A stretch of 64,000 bases of DNA from positions 4,576,001 to 4,640,000 of the forward strand of contig OZ257156.1 in assembly GCA_965279375.1 (NCBI GenBank). Reading direction: 5' to 3'. Of the stretch, positions 31,701-40,675 are shown piece after piece (the stretch's first letter is position 1; every line of letters starts with the position of its first letter). Both the position numbers and the translations under genes were made by a program. Source of the stretch: Gemmatimonas sp. Its GTDB lineage: Bacteria; Gemmatimonadota; Gemmatimonadetes; Gemmatimonadales; Gemmatimonadaceae. The notes beneath the pieces were generated by a model. It was not told where the DNA came from. It saw only the letters and a program-made list of their open reading frames with translations, and made no database searches.

Positions 31701-33275
31701 ATGCCAATCAAGACCTCCGTGCAACAGCGACTTGCCTTACAGTTCAACCTCGTGCCTCGTACCGGCGCGATTGATGCCGACGCCGCCTTCCTTGACGCCT
31801 GTGTCGTCTGGCTAGGGCTCGAACACGGGCAAACGTTGTCGTGGGATGCCCCGTCCAACCACACGCTCGACGGTGGCCGGATTCTCCGATGGGCGCCGTA
31901 CCGCGCCGACGGACGCGCGCTCGCCGACATCGTGGTGCACGCTCCCGATCCTCTCGACCGGTCGCTGCAGTGGTCCACGCACGTCACCTACGTGTCCACC
32001 CCGACCTCCTCTGGCGCCGTCGTTCGGCAGCTGAACATCCGAGTAGGCACGGACGGCGGTTCGCCCTCGGGTGCCACCCCGCCAGTCCGCGCGCCGCGGC
32101 TCCTCCCTGAACTGGACACGCACTTCACGCTGGTCTCCAATGACGGCCCGTTGCAGCGCGTCCCGACGCAGCTCGAGGCCGGTACGCTTGATGCCTTCGT
32201 TCGCTTCGTCCTGTGTGATCCGGCGCGCACGATGCCGGTGCTGCTGTTGACCGAGCTGCCAGATGGCGGCTACGTGCTGCCACCGGAGCAGTTTGCCGGC
32301 GAGCTGTTCGGTCTCGGGCTCTGCTTCATGCTCCGTCACTCGGATACCTTCGCCCTGTCCGATGCGGTGGGTGGCCATGCCCGGAGCGTCTTCCTCGGCT
32401 CGGCGCGCGCCTACCTGCCCGGCTTCTCGCTCGAGGCCGATCCCTTCCAGCACCCGCTGGTTCTCGCCCGAGCGCTGGCACTCCCCGGCGAGCGCCGCCG
32501 ACTGGTCCAGCGCCTCGCCGAAGTATCCGTTCAGCGCCCGCTCTCCGAGCCGGTCATTGTCGACACGCTCCGCGATGCCCGCGCCGCGGCCTACGGCACC
32601 CGCTCCGACGCGGCCGAAGCGATGCTCGCGACGGAGTCCGGCGCTGAGCTCGATCGCCCGCAGCTGCTCGCCTTGGTTCGCAACTACGAGGACGCGGTCC
32701 GGCAGGCCGAAGGAGAACTCGCGCGAACCCGTGAACGACTAACCGAAACGCGCCAGCAGCTCGACGCCGAACGGGCGATGACTCGTTCACTGCGCACGAC
32801 GCTCGCGGCGCACAAGGAACGCCAGCCGATCTCCAAGCCGGCGAGTGATGCGCCGGAGTCGGTGCTCGAGTCCGTCGAACGGGCCCAGGCGATGTATTCC
32901 GACGCGCTCCGCTTCCTCCCCTCCGCGTTTAGCTCCGCGGCCGAGTCGATCTTCCCCGACCCGGACACGGCGTGGAAGTACCTCAAGTCGCTCGGCGAAG
33001 TCGGCCGACGTCGACAAGATCGCGCGCTGGGACGTCCGCTCGCCGAAGTCTTTACCGACCTCGGGGTGGACTACTCGCCCGGACCGACGGACGGCACGCG
33101 CAAGACGCCCTACGTATTCGCCGATGGCGATCGCGAGACGGAATGCGCCGACCAGCTGCGCAAGGGCAGCAATCCCAACACGTGCCTGCGCATCTACTTC
33201 ACGTCGTCGGATGACGGCGGGTTCGTGATCGGCCATGTCGGGCGACAGATCGATACGCTCGCGGCGAAGGTCTGA
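31701..33275 (+). CDS. Hypothetical protein: globular N-terminus, central coiled coil, C-terminal putative RelE-like domain
   Basis: 524-aa ORF with host-like codon bias and upstream GGAAGG; heptad-rich segment; C-terminal LRKG...LRIYF...FVIGHVGR. Confidence 0.8.
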   Translation: MPIKTSVQQRLALQFNLVPRTGAIDADAAFLDACVVWLGLEHGQTLSWDAPSNHTLDGGRILRWAPYRADGRALADIVVHAPDPLDRSLQWSTHVTYVSTPTSSGAVVRQLNIRVGTDGGSPSGATPPVRAPRLLPELDTHFTLVSNDGPLQRVPTQLEAGTLDAFVRFVLCDPARTMPVLLLTELPDGGYVLPPEQFAGELFGLGLCFMLRHSDTFALSDAVGGHARSVFLGSARAYLPGFSLEADPFQHPLVLARALALPGERRRLVQRLAEVSVQRPLSEPVIVDTLRDARAAAYGTRSDAAEAMLATESGAELDRPQLLALVRNYEDAVRQAEGELARTRERLTETRQQLDAERAMTRSLRTTLAAHKERQPISKPASDAPESVLESVERAQAMYSDALRFLPSAFSSAAESIFPDPDTAWKYLKSLGEVGRRRQDRALGRPLAEVFTDLGVDYSPGPTDGTRKTPYVFADGDRETECADQLRKGSNPNTCLRIYFTSSDDGGFVIGHVGRQIDTLAAKV

Positions 33276-33280
33276 GTCCG

Positions 33281-33451
33281 GGATAAACGCGGATAACCGC
33301 CACCACAGGCCACGGATAAGAGCAGATAGAAACAGAAGAAGCTCGCGGATACAGCAACAACTTTCTTAGTTGTTCGCAGTATCCGCGAGCTTTTTCCGTG
33401 TGAATCCGTTGCTATCCGTGGCCTGTGGTGGCCGTTATCCGTTGCTATCCG
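33281..33451. repeat. Long imperfect inverted repeat (hairpin) built from GGATA/TATCC units
   Basis: Perfect arms 33299-33318/33413-33432 (20 bp), 33339-33352/33379-33392 (14 bp), 33356-33362/33368-33374. Confidence 0.9.
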
Positions 33452-33472
33452 CTATCGGCAATCCGCCATCCG

Positions 33473-35104
33473 CTACGGCTGATTCTCGTGGAAGACGACC
33501 TTGTCTTCGTGCTGCAGCGCGCGACGCAACGCCCAGTTGTCCGAGAAGAGCACGACCATGTTTCCCTTGTGGTCGTACAGGCGCATGCGCCCCTGCCCGC
33601 TCGACACGCGCTCGATCTCTGCCTTGGGCCCTGTGAGCCATCGCGGAAAGCGATACGTCATCTTTTCGAACTTGCACGGCGCGGCGTACTCGTGTTCCAG
33701 TCGGAACGCCATCACGTCGAACTGCAGCTGACCGACCGCGCCAACGATAGGCTGTGAGCCGGTGGACGTTTCGGCGAAGAACACCTGCGCGGCGCCTTCT
33801 TCGGTGAGTTGCCGCAGGCCGCTGTCGAATTGCTTGCGCTTGAGCGGATCGGCAGGGATCACGCGCGCGAAGTGCTCGGGTGGGAAGCGGGGAATGCCCT
33901 GGAACTCCATGCCGCCGTCGCCGCCCAGCGTGTCGCCGATGCGCAGGTTGCCGCGGTCCATGATGCCGATCACGTCACCTGGCCACGCGTCTTCGATGCC
34001 AACACGCTCACGCGCCATGAACTGCTGTGGCGCGGCAAGACGAATCAGTTTGCCGCTTCGCTGGTGCAGCACCTGCATGTTGGCTTCGAAGTATCCCGAC
34101 ACGATGCGCACGAACGCGACGCGGTCCCGATGCTTGGGATCCATGTTCGCCTGAATCTTGAACACGAAACCCGTGAAGTCGGGGCGATCGGCGTCTACTG
34201 GACCGATGCTCGACTCTCGCGGCCCAGGCGGCGGCGCGAGCTCGAGGAATTCGCGCAGGAACGGCTCGATGCCGAAATTCGTGAGCGCCGACCCAAAGAA
34301 TACCGGAGTGAGCGTGCCGTCGAACACACGCGCGTGCTCGTAGGTATGCCCGGCGGCGTCCAACAGCTCGACGTCGTTCATCAGGCGATCGAATGCACTT
34401 TCGCCCATCGCGTCGATCAGCTTCGGATCGTCGATGCTGACGATGGTATCGTCGGCGCGGGTGGCACCACGATCACCGCTGCGCTCGAACAAGTGCACTT
34501 CACGCTTGAGCCGATCATAGACACCGACGAACACGTCGTTATCAAAGACCGGCCAGGTCGCCGCGTAGCAGTCGATGCCCAGGTCTGCTTCGACATCCTG
34601 AATGAGCTTGAGCGGATCTTCGCCGTGACGGTCGCACTTGTTCACCAGCGTGAAGATCGGGGTGCGGCGGCGCTTGCACACTTCGAACAGCTGCCGCGTG
34701 CGCTCTTCCACACCGCGACGGTTGTCGAGGAGCATGATGGCGCTGTCGGCGGCGACCAGCGTGCGATACGTGTCTTCGGAGAAGTCTTCGTGGCCGGGCG
34801 TGTCGAGCAGGTTGAGCTGATAGCCCAGATACTCGAACTGCAGCACGCTCGACGTGACGGAGATGCCGCGCTCCTGCTCCAGCTTCATCCAGTCCGATGT
34901 CGCATGCCGCGTGGCGCGACGCGCCTTCACCGAGCCCGCGAGGTGAATGGCGCCGCCGTACAGCAGCAGCTTCTCCGTCAGCGTCGTCTTGCCGGCGTCC
35001 GGATGCGAAATGATGGCAAAGGTGCGTCTACGCGCGATCTCGCGCTGACGTCGCGTCTCCGGCTCGCCCGACTCGATCGGTGCTTCGTCCACGTTGGTGC
35101 TCAT
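33473..35104 (-). CDS. prfC: Peptide chain release factor 3
   Basis: RRRTFAIISHPDAGKTT, DTPGHEDFSEDTYR, KIQANMDP, GAVGQLQF. Confidence 0.98.
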   Translation of the reverse strand: MSTNVDEAPIESGEPETRRQREIARRRTFAIISHPDAGKTTLTEKLLLYGGAIHLAGSVKARRATRHATSDWMKLEQERGISVTSSVLQFEYLGYQLNLLDTPGHEDFSEDTYRTLVAADSAIMLLDNRRGVEERTRQLFEVCKRRRTPIFTLVNKCDRHGEDPLKLIQDVEADLGIDCYAATWPVFDNDVFVGVYDRLKREVHLFERSGDRGATRADDTIVSIDDPKLIDAMGESAFDRLMNDVELLDAAGHTYEHARVFDGTLTPVFFGSALTNFGIEPFLREFLELAPPPGPRESSIGPVDADRPDFTGFVFKIQANMDPKHRDRVAFVRIVSGYFEANMQVLHQRSGKLIRLAAPQQFMARERVGIEDAWPGDVIGIMDRGNLRIGDTLGGDGGMEFQGIPRFPPEHFARVIPADPLKRKQFDSGLRQLTEEGAAQVFFAETSTGSQPIVGAVGQLQFDVMAFRLEHEYAAPCKFEKMTYRFPRWLTGPKAEIERVSSGQGRMRLYDHKGNMVVLFSDNWALRRALQHEDKVVFHENQP

Positions 35105-35136
35105 CCCGGGAAAGATAGTCGCACGCCGGAAACGCA

Positions 35137-35169
35137 CGAAGGGCCGGACAATCTCTGCCCGGCCCTTCG
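35137..35169 (-). terminator. Strong hairpin downstream of glmS (possible terminator)
   Basis: CGAAGGGCCGG...CCGGCCCTTCG; weak U-tract. Confidence 0.5.
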
Positions 35170-35190
35170 CCTAAACCGAAGCTGGCGCGA

Positions 35191-37017
35191 TTACTCGACC
35201 GTCACCGACTTGGCGAGGTTGCGCGGCTGGTCCACGTTGCAACCACGCTTGACCGCGATGTAGTACGCCAAGAGTTGCAGCGGCACCGATGCCAGAATCG
35301 GCGATAGCAAGTCGATGGTCTCGGGGATGCGGAACTCGTAGTCCAGCAGGCCAGCCAGCGAGGGCTCGTCGCGCGTGGTGATCGCGATGATCTTTCCCTT
35401 ACGCGCCTTCACCTCCTGAATGTTCGACCCGATCTTGTCGAACACCGAGTCGTGCGGCGCGATGCACACCACGGGCATCATCTCGTCGATGAGTGCGATG
35501 GGGCCGTGCTTCATCTCGGCGGCCGGATACCCTTCCGCGTGGATGTAGCTGATTTCCTTGAGCTTGAGCGCGCCTTCGAGCGCAGCCGGGAAGTTGTAGC
35601 CGCGGCCAAGGTACAGAAAATTCGACGCGCGCTTGAACTCTTCGGCCAGCGCCTCGATCTCTTCGGCGCGGTCGAGAATGGACTGGATTTGCTCGGGCAG
35701 CTTGGCCATCGCCTGCGCGATCGCGCGGCCGCGCTCCACCGACAAGTCGCGCAATCGCGCGAGCTTCAGTGTGAACAGCGCGAGGGCGACCACTTGGCTG
35801 GTGAACGCCTTGGTCGACGCCACACCGATTTCCGCGCCCGAGTGCAGATAGATGCCGCCGTCATCTTCACGCGCGATGGTGGAGCCCACCACGTTCACGA
35901 TGCCGAGCGTACGCGCGCCGCGACGCTTGGCTTCACGCATGGCCGCCAGCGTGTCCGCCGTCTCACCCGACTGCGAGATGACGATGCACAGCGTGGTCGG
36001 CTTGACGATCGGATTGCGATAGCGGAACTCCGATGCGTACTCGACTTCCACCGGAATGCGGCACAACTCCTCGATCATCATCTCGCCGATCAGCGCCGAG
36101 TGCCAGCTCGTGCCACAGGCCGTGATGATGATGTTGTCGATCTTGAGGAGCTCGTCTCGCGGGATGTTGAGTCCACCCAGTTTCGAGAAGCCCTCCTCGA
36201 GAATGAGGCGACCACGCATCGTGTTCTCGACGGTGATCGGCTGTTCGAAGATCTCCTTGAGCATGAAGTGCTGATAGCCGCCACGCTCGATCTGCTGCAA
36301 GTCCCACTCGATGCGGCTGACCGGCTTGTCGCGCGTCACGGCATCGAGGTCCACCACCTTGTAGCCGTCGCGGGTCACGACGGCGATGTCGCCGTCATCG
36401 AGGTAGACCACCTGCCGCGTATGCGCGAGAATCGCGGATGCATCCGACGCGATGTAGAACTCGTTGTCGCCGAGTCCGATCAAGAGCGGGCTGCCCTTGC
36501 GCGCGGCAACGATCTTCTCCTTTTCATTCGAGGATATCACCGCGATGCCGTACGTGCCATCCACCTGGCGCAGTGCTTCGATCACCGCCGCTTCGAGATT
36601 GCCGGCGTAGGCCGCCTGCACGAGATGCGCGAGCACCTCCGTGTCGGTGTCCGACTTGAATACGAATCCACGGGCCTCGAGCGAGGCCTTGAGCACCGTC
36701 GCGTTCTCGATGATGCCGTTGTGCACGACGGCGATCGTGCCGTCCATGCTCAGGTGCGGATGCGCGTTCCTCTCTGTCGGCGGACCGTGCGTCGCCCAGC
36801 GCGTGTGGGCGATGCCCATGGTACCGGTTGGGGGGTCGCGCTCGATGACCGCTTCGAGGCGTGCGATCTTGCCCGCCGCCTTGAAGGTCTCCACACCCTT
36901 GCCGTTCATGATGGCGATGCCCGACGAGTCATAGCCGCGATACTCGAGGCGCTTGAGTCCGTCGATGAGCATCGGAGTGGCGATTCGACCGCCGACGTAT
37001 CCTACGATTCCACACAT
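35191..37017 (-). CDS. glmS: Glutamine--fructose-6-phosphate aminotransferase
   Basis: MCGIVG, LEYRGYDS, HTRWATHG, SQSGETADT, PRNLAKSVTVE. Confidence 0.99.
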   Translation of the reverse strand: MCGIVGYVGGRIATPMLIDGLKRLEYRGYDSSGIAIMNGKGVETFKAAGKIARLEAVIERDPPTGTMGIAHTRWATHGPPTERNAHPHLSMDGTIAVVHNGIIENATVLKASLEARGFVFKSDTDTEVLAHLVQAAYAGNLEAAVIEALRQVDGTYGIAVISSNEKEKIVAARKGSPLLIGLGDNEFYIASDASAILAHTRQVVYLDDGDIAVVTRDGYKVVDLDAVTRDKPVSRIEWDLQQIERGGYQHFMLKEIFEQPITVENTMRGRLILEEGFSKLGGLNIPRDELLKIDNIIITACGTSWHSALIGEMMIEELCRIPVEVEYASEFRYRNPIVKPTTLCIVISQSGETADTLAAMREAKRRGARTLGIVNVVGSTIAREDDGGIYLHSGAEIGVASTKAFTSQVVALALFTLKLARLRDLSVERGRAIAQAMAKLPEQIQSILDRAEEIEALAEEFKRASNFLYLGRGYNFPAALEGALKLKEISYIHAEGYPAAEMKHGPIALIDEMMPVVCIAPHDSVFDKIGSNIQEVKARKGKIIAITTRDEPSLAGLLDYEFRIPETIDLLSPILASVPLQLLAYYIAVKRGCNVDQPRNLAKSVTVE

Positions 37018-37128
37018 GGTCGTGTTGGTCCGCTGAAGTCAGGTCCTGCGAGAATATCGATGCACACGATGCGGAACGACCGCGAGCGCGTGTGCGAAAA
37101 CGATGCGTAGTCGTGACGACGGCTCAGC

Positions 37129-38502
37129 CTAGACGGCCCCCACCAGCGCCGCGAGCGGCTCACGCGCATCCGCCACCAGGCGACGCGCGTCTTCTTCGGT
37201 TGGTCCTTCGGCGATCACGCGCACGATCGGCTCCGTACCCGACGGGCGCAGATGCACCCAACGGTCAGGCCAATCCAAACGCAATCCGTCCTGCATATCG
37301 GCAATCGCATCGGGGAACGCAGCGCGCAATGCATCGTAGACGGCGTCCAGCGGCGCCTCCGGGCGGTCGAGCTTGTCCTTCACGATCACGTAGCGCGGAC
37401 GCTCCGCGATCAATGCGGACAACGGACGCGCTTCCTCGAGCATCAATTGCAGGATCAGTGCCGCACCGGCCGGCGCGTCGCGCCCGAGGTGCAACTCCGG
37501 AAGGATGACACCGCCGTTGCCTTCACCACCGATCGTCGCGCCGACATCACGCATCTTGAGCGCCACGTTGACCTCGCCCACCTTGGCGAAGTGGAAGGGC
37601 ACGCCAGCCTCGTTCGCGACGTCGGATACCACCTTGCTGGTGGAGAGATTCGTCACGACCGGCCCGCGGCGATGGCGCAGCACCGTGCGCGCCGCGAGGG
37701 CCAGCGTGTAGTCCTCCCCCGGCGCGACCCCATCATCCAGCACGAGCGCCAGGCGATCCACGTCAGGATCGGTGGCGAAGCCCACGTCCGCGCGCGTGTT
37801 GCGCACGAGCCCCGCGAGTTCGCCGAGGTTCTCGGCGATCGGTTCCGGTGACCGATGAAAGAGCCCATCGGTTTCCATGTTGATCGCGTACACCTCGCAG
37901 CCAAGCTCCGTCAGCAACTCGGGCATGATCGTCGCGCCGGCGCCGTGGCAGCAGTCGAGCGCCACGCGAAAGCCACGCGCACGAATGGCCGTGACGTCGA
38001 GGTACGGCAGCGCGAGCACCTGTGCGAGGTGGCGCGGAATCGCTTCGGGGTCCGCGACGATTTCGCCGAGTTGGTCCCACGAGGCGCGCGGAATGCCCGA
38101 TTCGAGCAGCGCGCGCATCTCGGCGCCTTCGGCCGCAGAGAGAAAAAGTCCAGACGGTCCGATGAACTTGAGCGCGTTCCACTCGATCGGATTGTGGCTC
38201 GCAGTAATGCCGAGCCCGCCCGCGGCGTGGTGATGTTCGACGGCCAGCTGAATCGTGGGCGTGGGAGTCATACCGACGTCGATCACGTTGCATCCGACCG
38301 ACTGCAGCGCGCCGTGCACGATGCGCGTGAACATGGGGCCCGAGACGCGACTGTCTCGTCCCACGACGACGTTGCGATTGCCCGTGCGCGATGCCCACGC
38401 GCCGAAGGCCGCCGCGTAGGTCGCCATGACTTCGGGAGTCAGCGCGTCGCCAACGCGACCGCGCACTCCGGAAACGCTCACCATCAAACCGTCAAACGCC
38501 AT
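37129..38502 (-). CDS. glmM: Phosphoglucosamine mutase (phosphohexomutase family)
   Basis: SVSGVRG, TASHNP, DPDVDR, GGEGNGG, RPSGTEP; upstream of glmS. Confidence 0.88.
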   Translation of the reverse strand: MAFDGLMVSVSGVRGRVGDALTPEVMATYAAAFGAWASRTGNRNVVVGRDSRVSGPMFTRIVHGALQSVGCNVIDVGMTPTPTIQLAVEHHHAAGGLGITASHNPIEWNALKFIGPSGLFLSAAEGAEMRALLESGIPRASWDQLGEIVADPEAIPRHLAQVLALPYLDVTAIRARGFRVALDCCHGAGATIMPELLTELGCEVYAINMETDGLFHRSPEPIAENLGELAGLVRNTRADVGFATDPDVDRLALVLDDGVAPGEDYTLALAARTVLRHRRGPVVTNLSTSKVVSDVANEAGVPFHFAKVGEVNVALKMRDVGATIGGEGNGGVILPELHLGRDAPAGAALILQLMLEEARPLSALIAERPRYVIVKDKLDRPEAPLDAVYDALRAAFPDAIADMQDGLRLDWPDRWVHLRPSGTEPIVRVIAEGPTEEDARRLVADAREPLAALVGAV

Positions 38503-38714
38503 TGTCTTCCTCGGCCTGCCATGACACACTGTCCCGACGTATTCGGGTGGGTGTGAGAAGTTAGACATTGGGACGGATGTCACCAATGGAGTTGGTAGCG
38601 GCTGTCACCAATCGGCCCGAGCGAGGAGTCAGCAACCTCATCCGCAGCCGTCGGGGATAAGACGAGTGCGTTATCCGTTTCGTTACCGGGGAGGCACAGA
38701 GTATTCTCCCGATC

Positions 38715-39398
38715 ATGCTCGACCCACTTTCCCTGCTTCCCTTCGCGTTGGCCGCTCGCGGCGGCTCCATCGACGGCCTCGGCGCTGGGCAGCTGGTGGC
38801 CGCTGGCACCACCGTGCTGCAGCGCTGCGCACCGCTGGTTCGGGCGCTGGCGATGGGCCGCACGGCGCTGCTGCTCCCGAACGGCCCCGCCTACCTGTTC
38901 GCGCTGGCGGCCTCGGATGGGCGCGGGGCGCTGCTGCTGGACCCGGCGGACGAACCCGCCGAGTGGGCTTGGCAACTCGAAGAAGCGAACGTGCGGGCAA
39001 TCTTCACCACGGCGCCGTTGCTGCGGCTGCTCGGCCCCGTCGTCGCCGCCCGTGCGCTCGTGCTGGTGGACGCCCTGCCGGCTTCGGCCAGCGTGATCGT
39101 TGGGGGGCGAGAGCTCGTGGTTGATCTGGGATCGCACCACGGACTGGACCTCGAAGGCGACGGCGACGCCCCCGGGCGCGACGAGGAGTGCGTGCTGCGA
39201 TACAAACGCGAGCGCGATGGCCCCCGGCGGCTGGTGAGCTACACGCACCGCGTGCTGCTGCGCGACGCGCGCGCAGGAAGTGCGGCGTTCACGCCAACCC
39301 CGGACGGAGAGGTGAACGCCACGTCTCCGTGGAGCGCCGTTCCAGCACTGACCACGGCGTGCGCCGCGCTGCTTGCAGGGGCGCGGCTGCGCGGTTAG
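38715..39398 (+). CDS. Short, degenerate AMP-binding (acyl-CoA synthetase-like) N-terminal domain protein
   Basis: ALLLPNGPAY, LLDP...EWAWQLEEANVRAIFT, and YKRERDGPRRLVSYTHRVLL aligning to the YTSGTTGxPKGVxxTH motif; only 227 aa. Confidence 0.6.
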   Translation: MLDPLSLLPFALAARGGSIDGLGAGQLVAAGTTVLQRCAPLVRALAMGRTALLLPNGPAYLFALAASDGRGALLLDPADEPAEWAWQLEEANVRAIFTTAPLLRLLGPVVAARALVLVDALPASASVIVGGRELVVDLGSHHGLDLEGDGDAPGRDEECVLRYKRERDGPRRLVSYTHRVLLRDARAGSAAFTPTPDGEVNATSPWSAVPALTTACAALLAGARLRG

Positions 39399-39416
39399 CA
39401 GCGCGACACGCGCGAC

Positions 39417-40472
39417 CTACGCCACAATCTGCAGGCGTGTCGGACGCTGGATCGACCAGTCCGGGCGCGGGAAGGACTGCTGCTCCATCGCTCGCTCGAA
39501 GGCCACGACGCACGCCGGATCGAACTGCGATCCGGAGCAGCGGCGCAGTTCGGCGACCGCGTCTTCCACCGACATGCCCGCACGATACGGACGACCACTC
39601 GTCATCGCGTCAAAGGAATCAGCGACGGCCGTGATCCGTGCTTCCAGCGGGATTTCGTAGCCACGCAGTTGATCGGGCAAGCCTCGGCCATCGAAGCGTT
39701 CGTGGTGCGAGCGTACGACGGCGAGCGCGTGCGGCATCTCGTGCAGCAGGGGCGCCAGCAAGCGCCACCCGATGACCGGATGCTCCATCACGTGCGCGTA
39801 CTCTTCGTCGGTGAGCGGACCTTCCTTGTTCAGCACCGCCTCTCGCACGCCGATCTTGCCGATGTCGTGGAGTCGACTGCCGAGTTCGAGCTGGTCGAGC
39901 CCCTGCGGCACGACGTTGAGCTCACGGGCGATCGCCATCGCGTAGCGCGAGACGCGCGTCGAGTGGCCCCACGTGTAGGCGTCCTTCACTTCCAACGCTT
40001 CGGCGAGCGAGTGCAGCGAGGCGAGAAACAGCTCCTCGTACTTTCGCGCCTGTACTGCCACGCGCTCCTCGAGGTCGACCCGGTACGCGCGATTCTCCAG
40101 CAGCAGGCGGCGCTTCTCGAGCGCCTGTCCCACGCGCGCGCGCACCTCCTCGATGCTGAACGGCTTGGTCAGATAGTCGAGCGCCCCGGTCTCGAGGCAA
40201 CGCACGGCGATGTCGACATCAGAGACGGCGGTGATCACCACCACGGCGGTGTCCGGCCATTGCGTGATGATGGAGCGCAGCATCTCGCCCCCATCCATGC
40301 GCGGCATGTGGTAGTCGGTGAGCACGAGCGGTGTCGGATGCTGCTCGAGCAACGCCAGCGCGTCTACGCCGGATGCCGCTTCGTCGCAGACAAAGCCGTC
40401 CGCCTCCATGAGGCGACGCAACACTGTGCGCAGCGGGGCTTCGTCGTCCACGATCAGGCAGCGCTTCTCCAT
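39417..40472 (-). CDS. Response regulator with HD-GYP phosphodiesterase domain (RpfG-like)
   Basis: REC domain (LIVDDE, TDYHMP, LTKPF); HSTRV, LHDIGK, HHERFDGRGLP, ADSFDAMTSGRPYR. Confidence 0.92.
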   Translation of the reverse strand: MEKRCLIVDDEAPLRTVLRRLMEADGFVCDEAASGVDALALLEQHPTPLVLTDYHMPRMDGGEMLRSIITQWPDTAVVVITAVSDVDIAVRCLETGALDYLTKPFSIEEVRARVGQALEKRRLLLENRAYRVDLEERVAVQARKYEELFLASLHSLAEALEVKDAYTWGHSTRVSRYAMAIARELNVVPQGLDQLELGSRLHDIGKIGVREAVLNKEGPLTDEEYAHVMEHPVIGWRLLAPLLHEMPHALAVVRSHHERFDGRGLPDQLRGYEIPLEARITAVADSFDAMTSGRPYRAGMSVEDAVAELRRCSGSQFDPACVVAFERAMEQQSFPRPDWSIQRPTRLQIVA

Positions 40473-40675
40473 GAAACGCGCCGACGCGGCCGTGCGTGCG
40501 GCGATCACGCCGCCGGCCGTGGATCTCGCGGTGGCGTGGGCCACGGCTCGAAGGTGCGCACGGCGGCGCGTGAGGCGATGCGTGGCGTCCGACGCGTAAG
40601 GCCGTCGACTGCTCGCCCTTGGCCGACTCGCTGGCTACCTTCCCGCGCATCCTCGCCTCGCACAAGACGGAGCCC

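Noticed and set aside
33281..33472. CRISPR array
   Set aside because: The repeats are 5-6-bp units within an inverted repeat, not repeat-spacer units, and there are no cas genes
37018..37128. glmS ribozyme upstream of glmS
   Set aside because: The conserved ribozyme core is not seen and the gap is short
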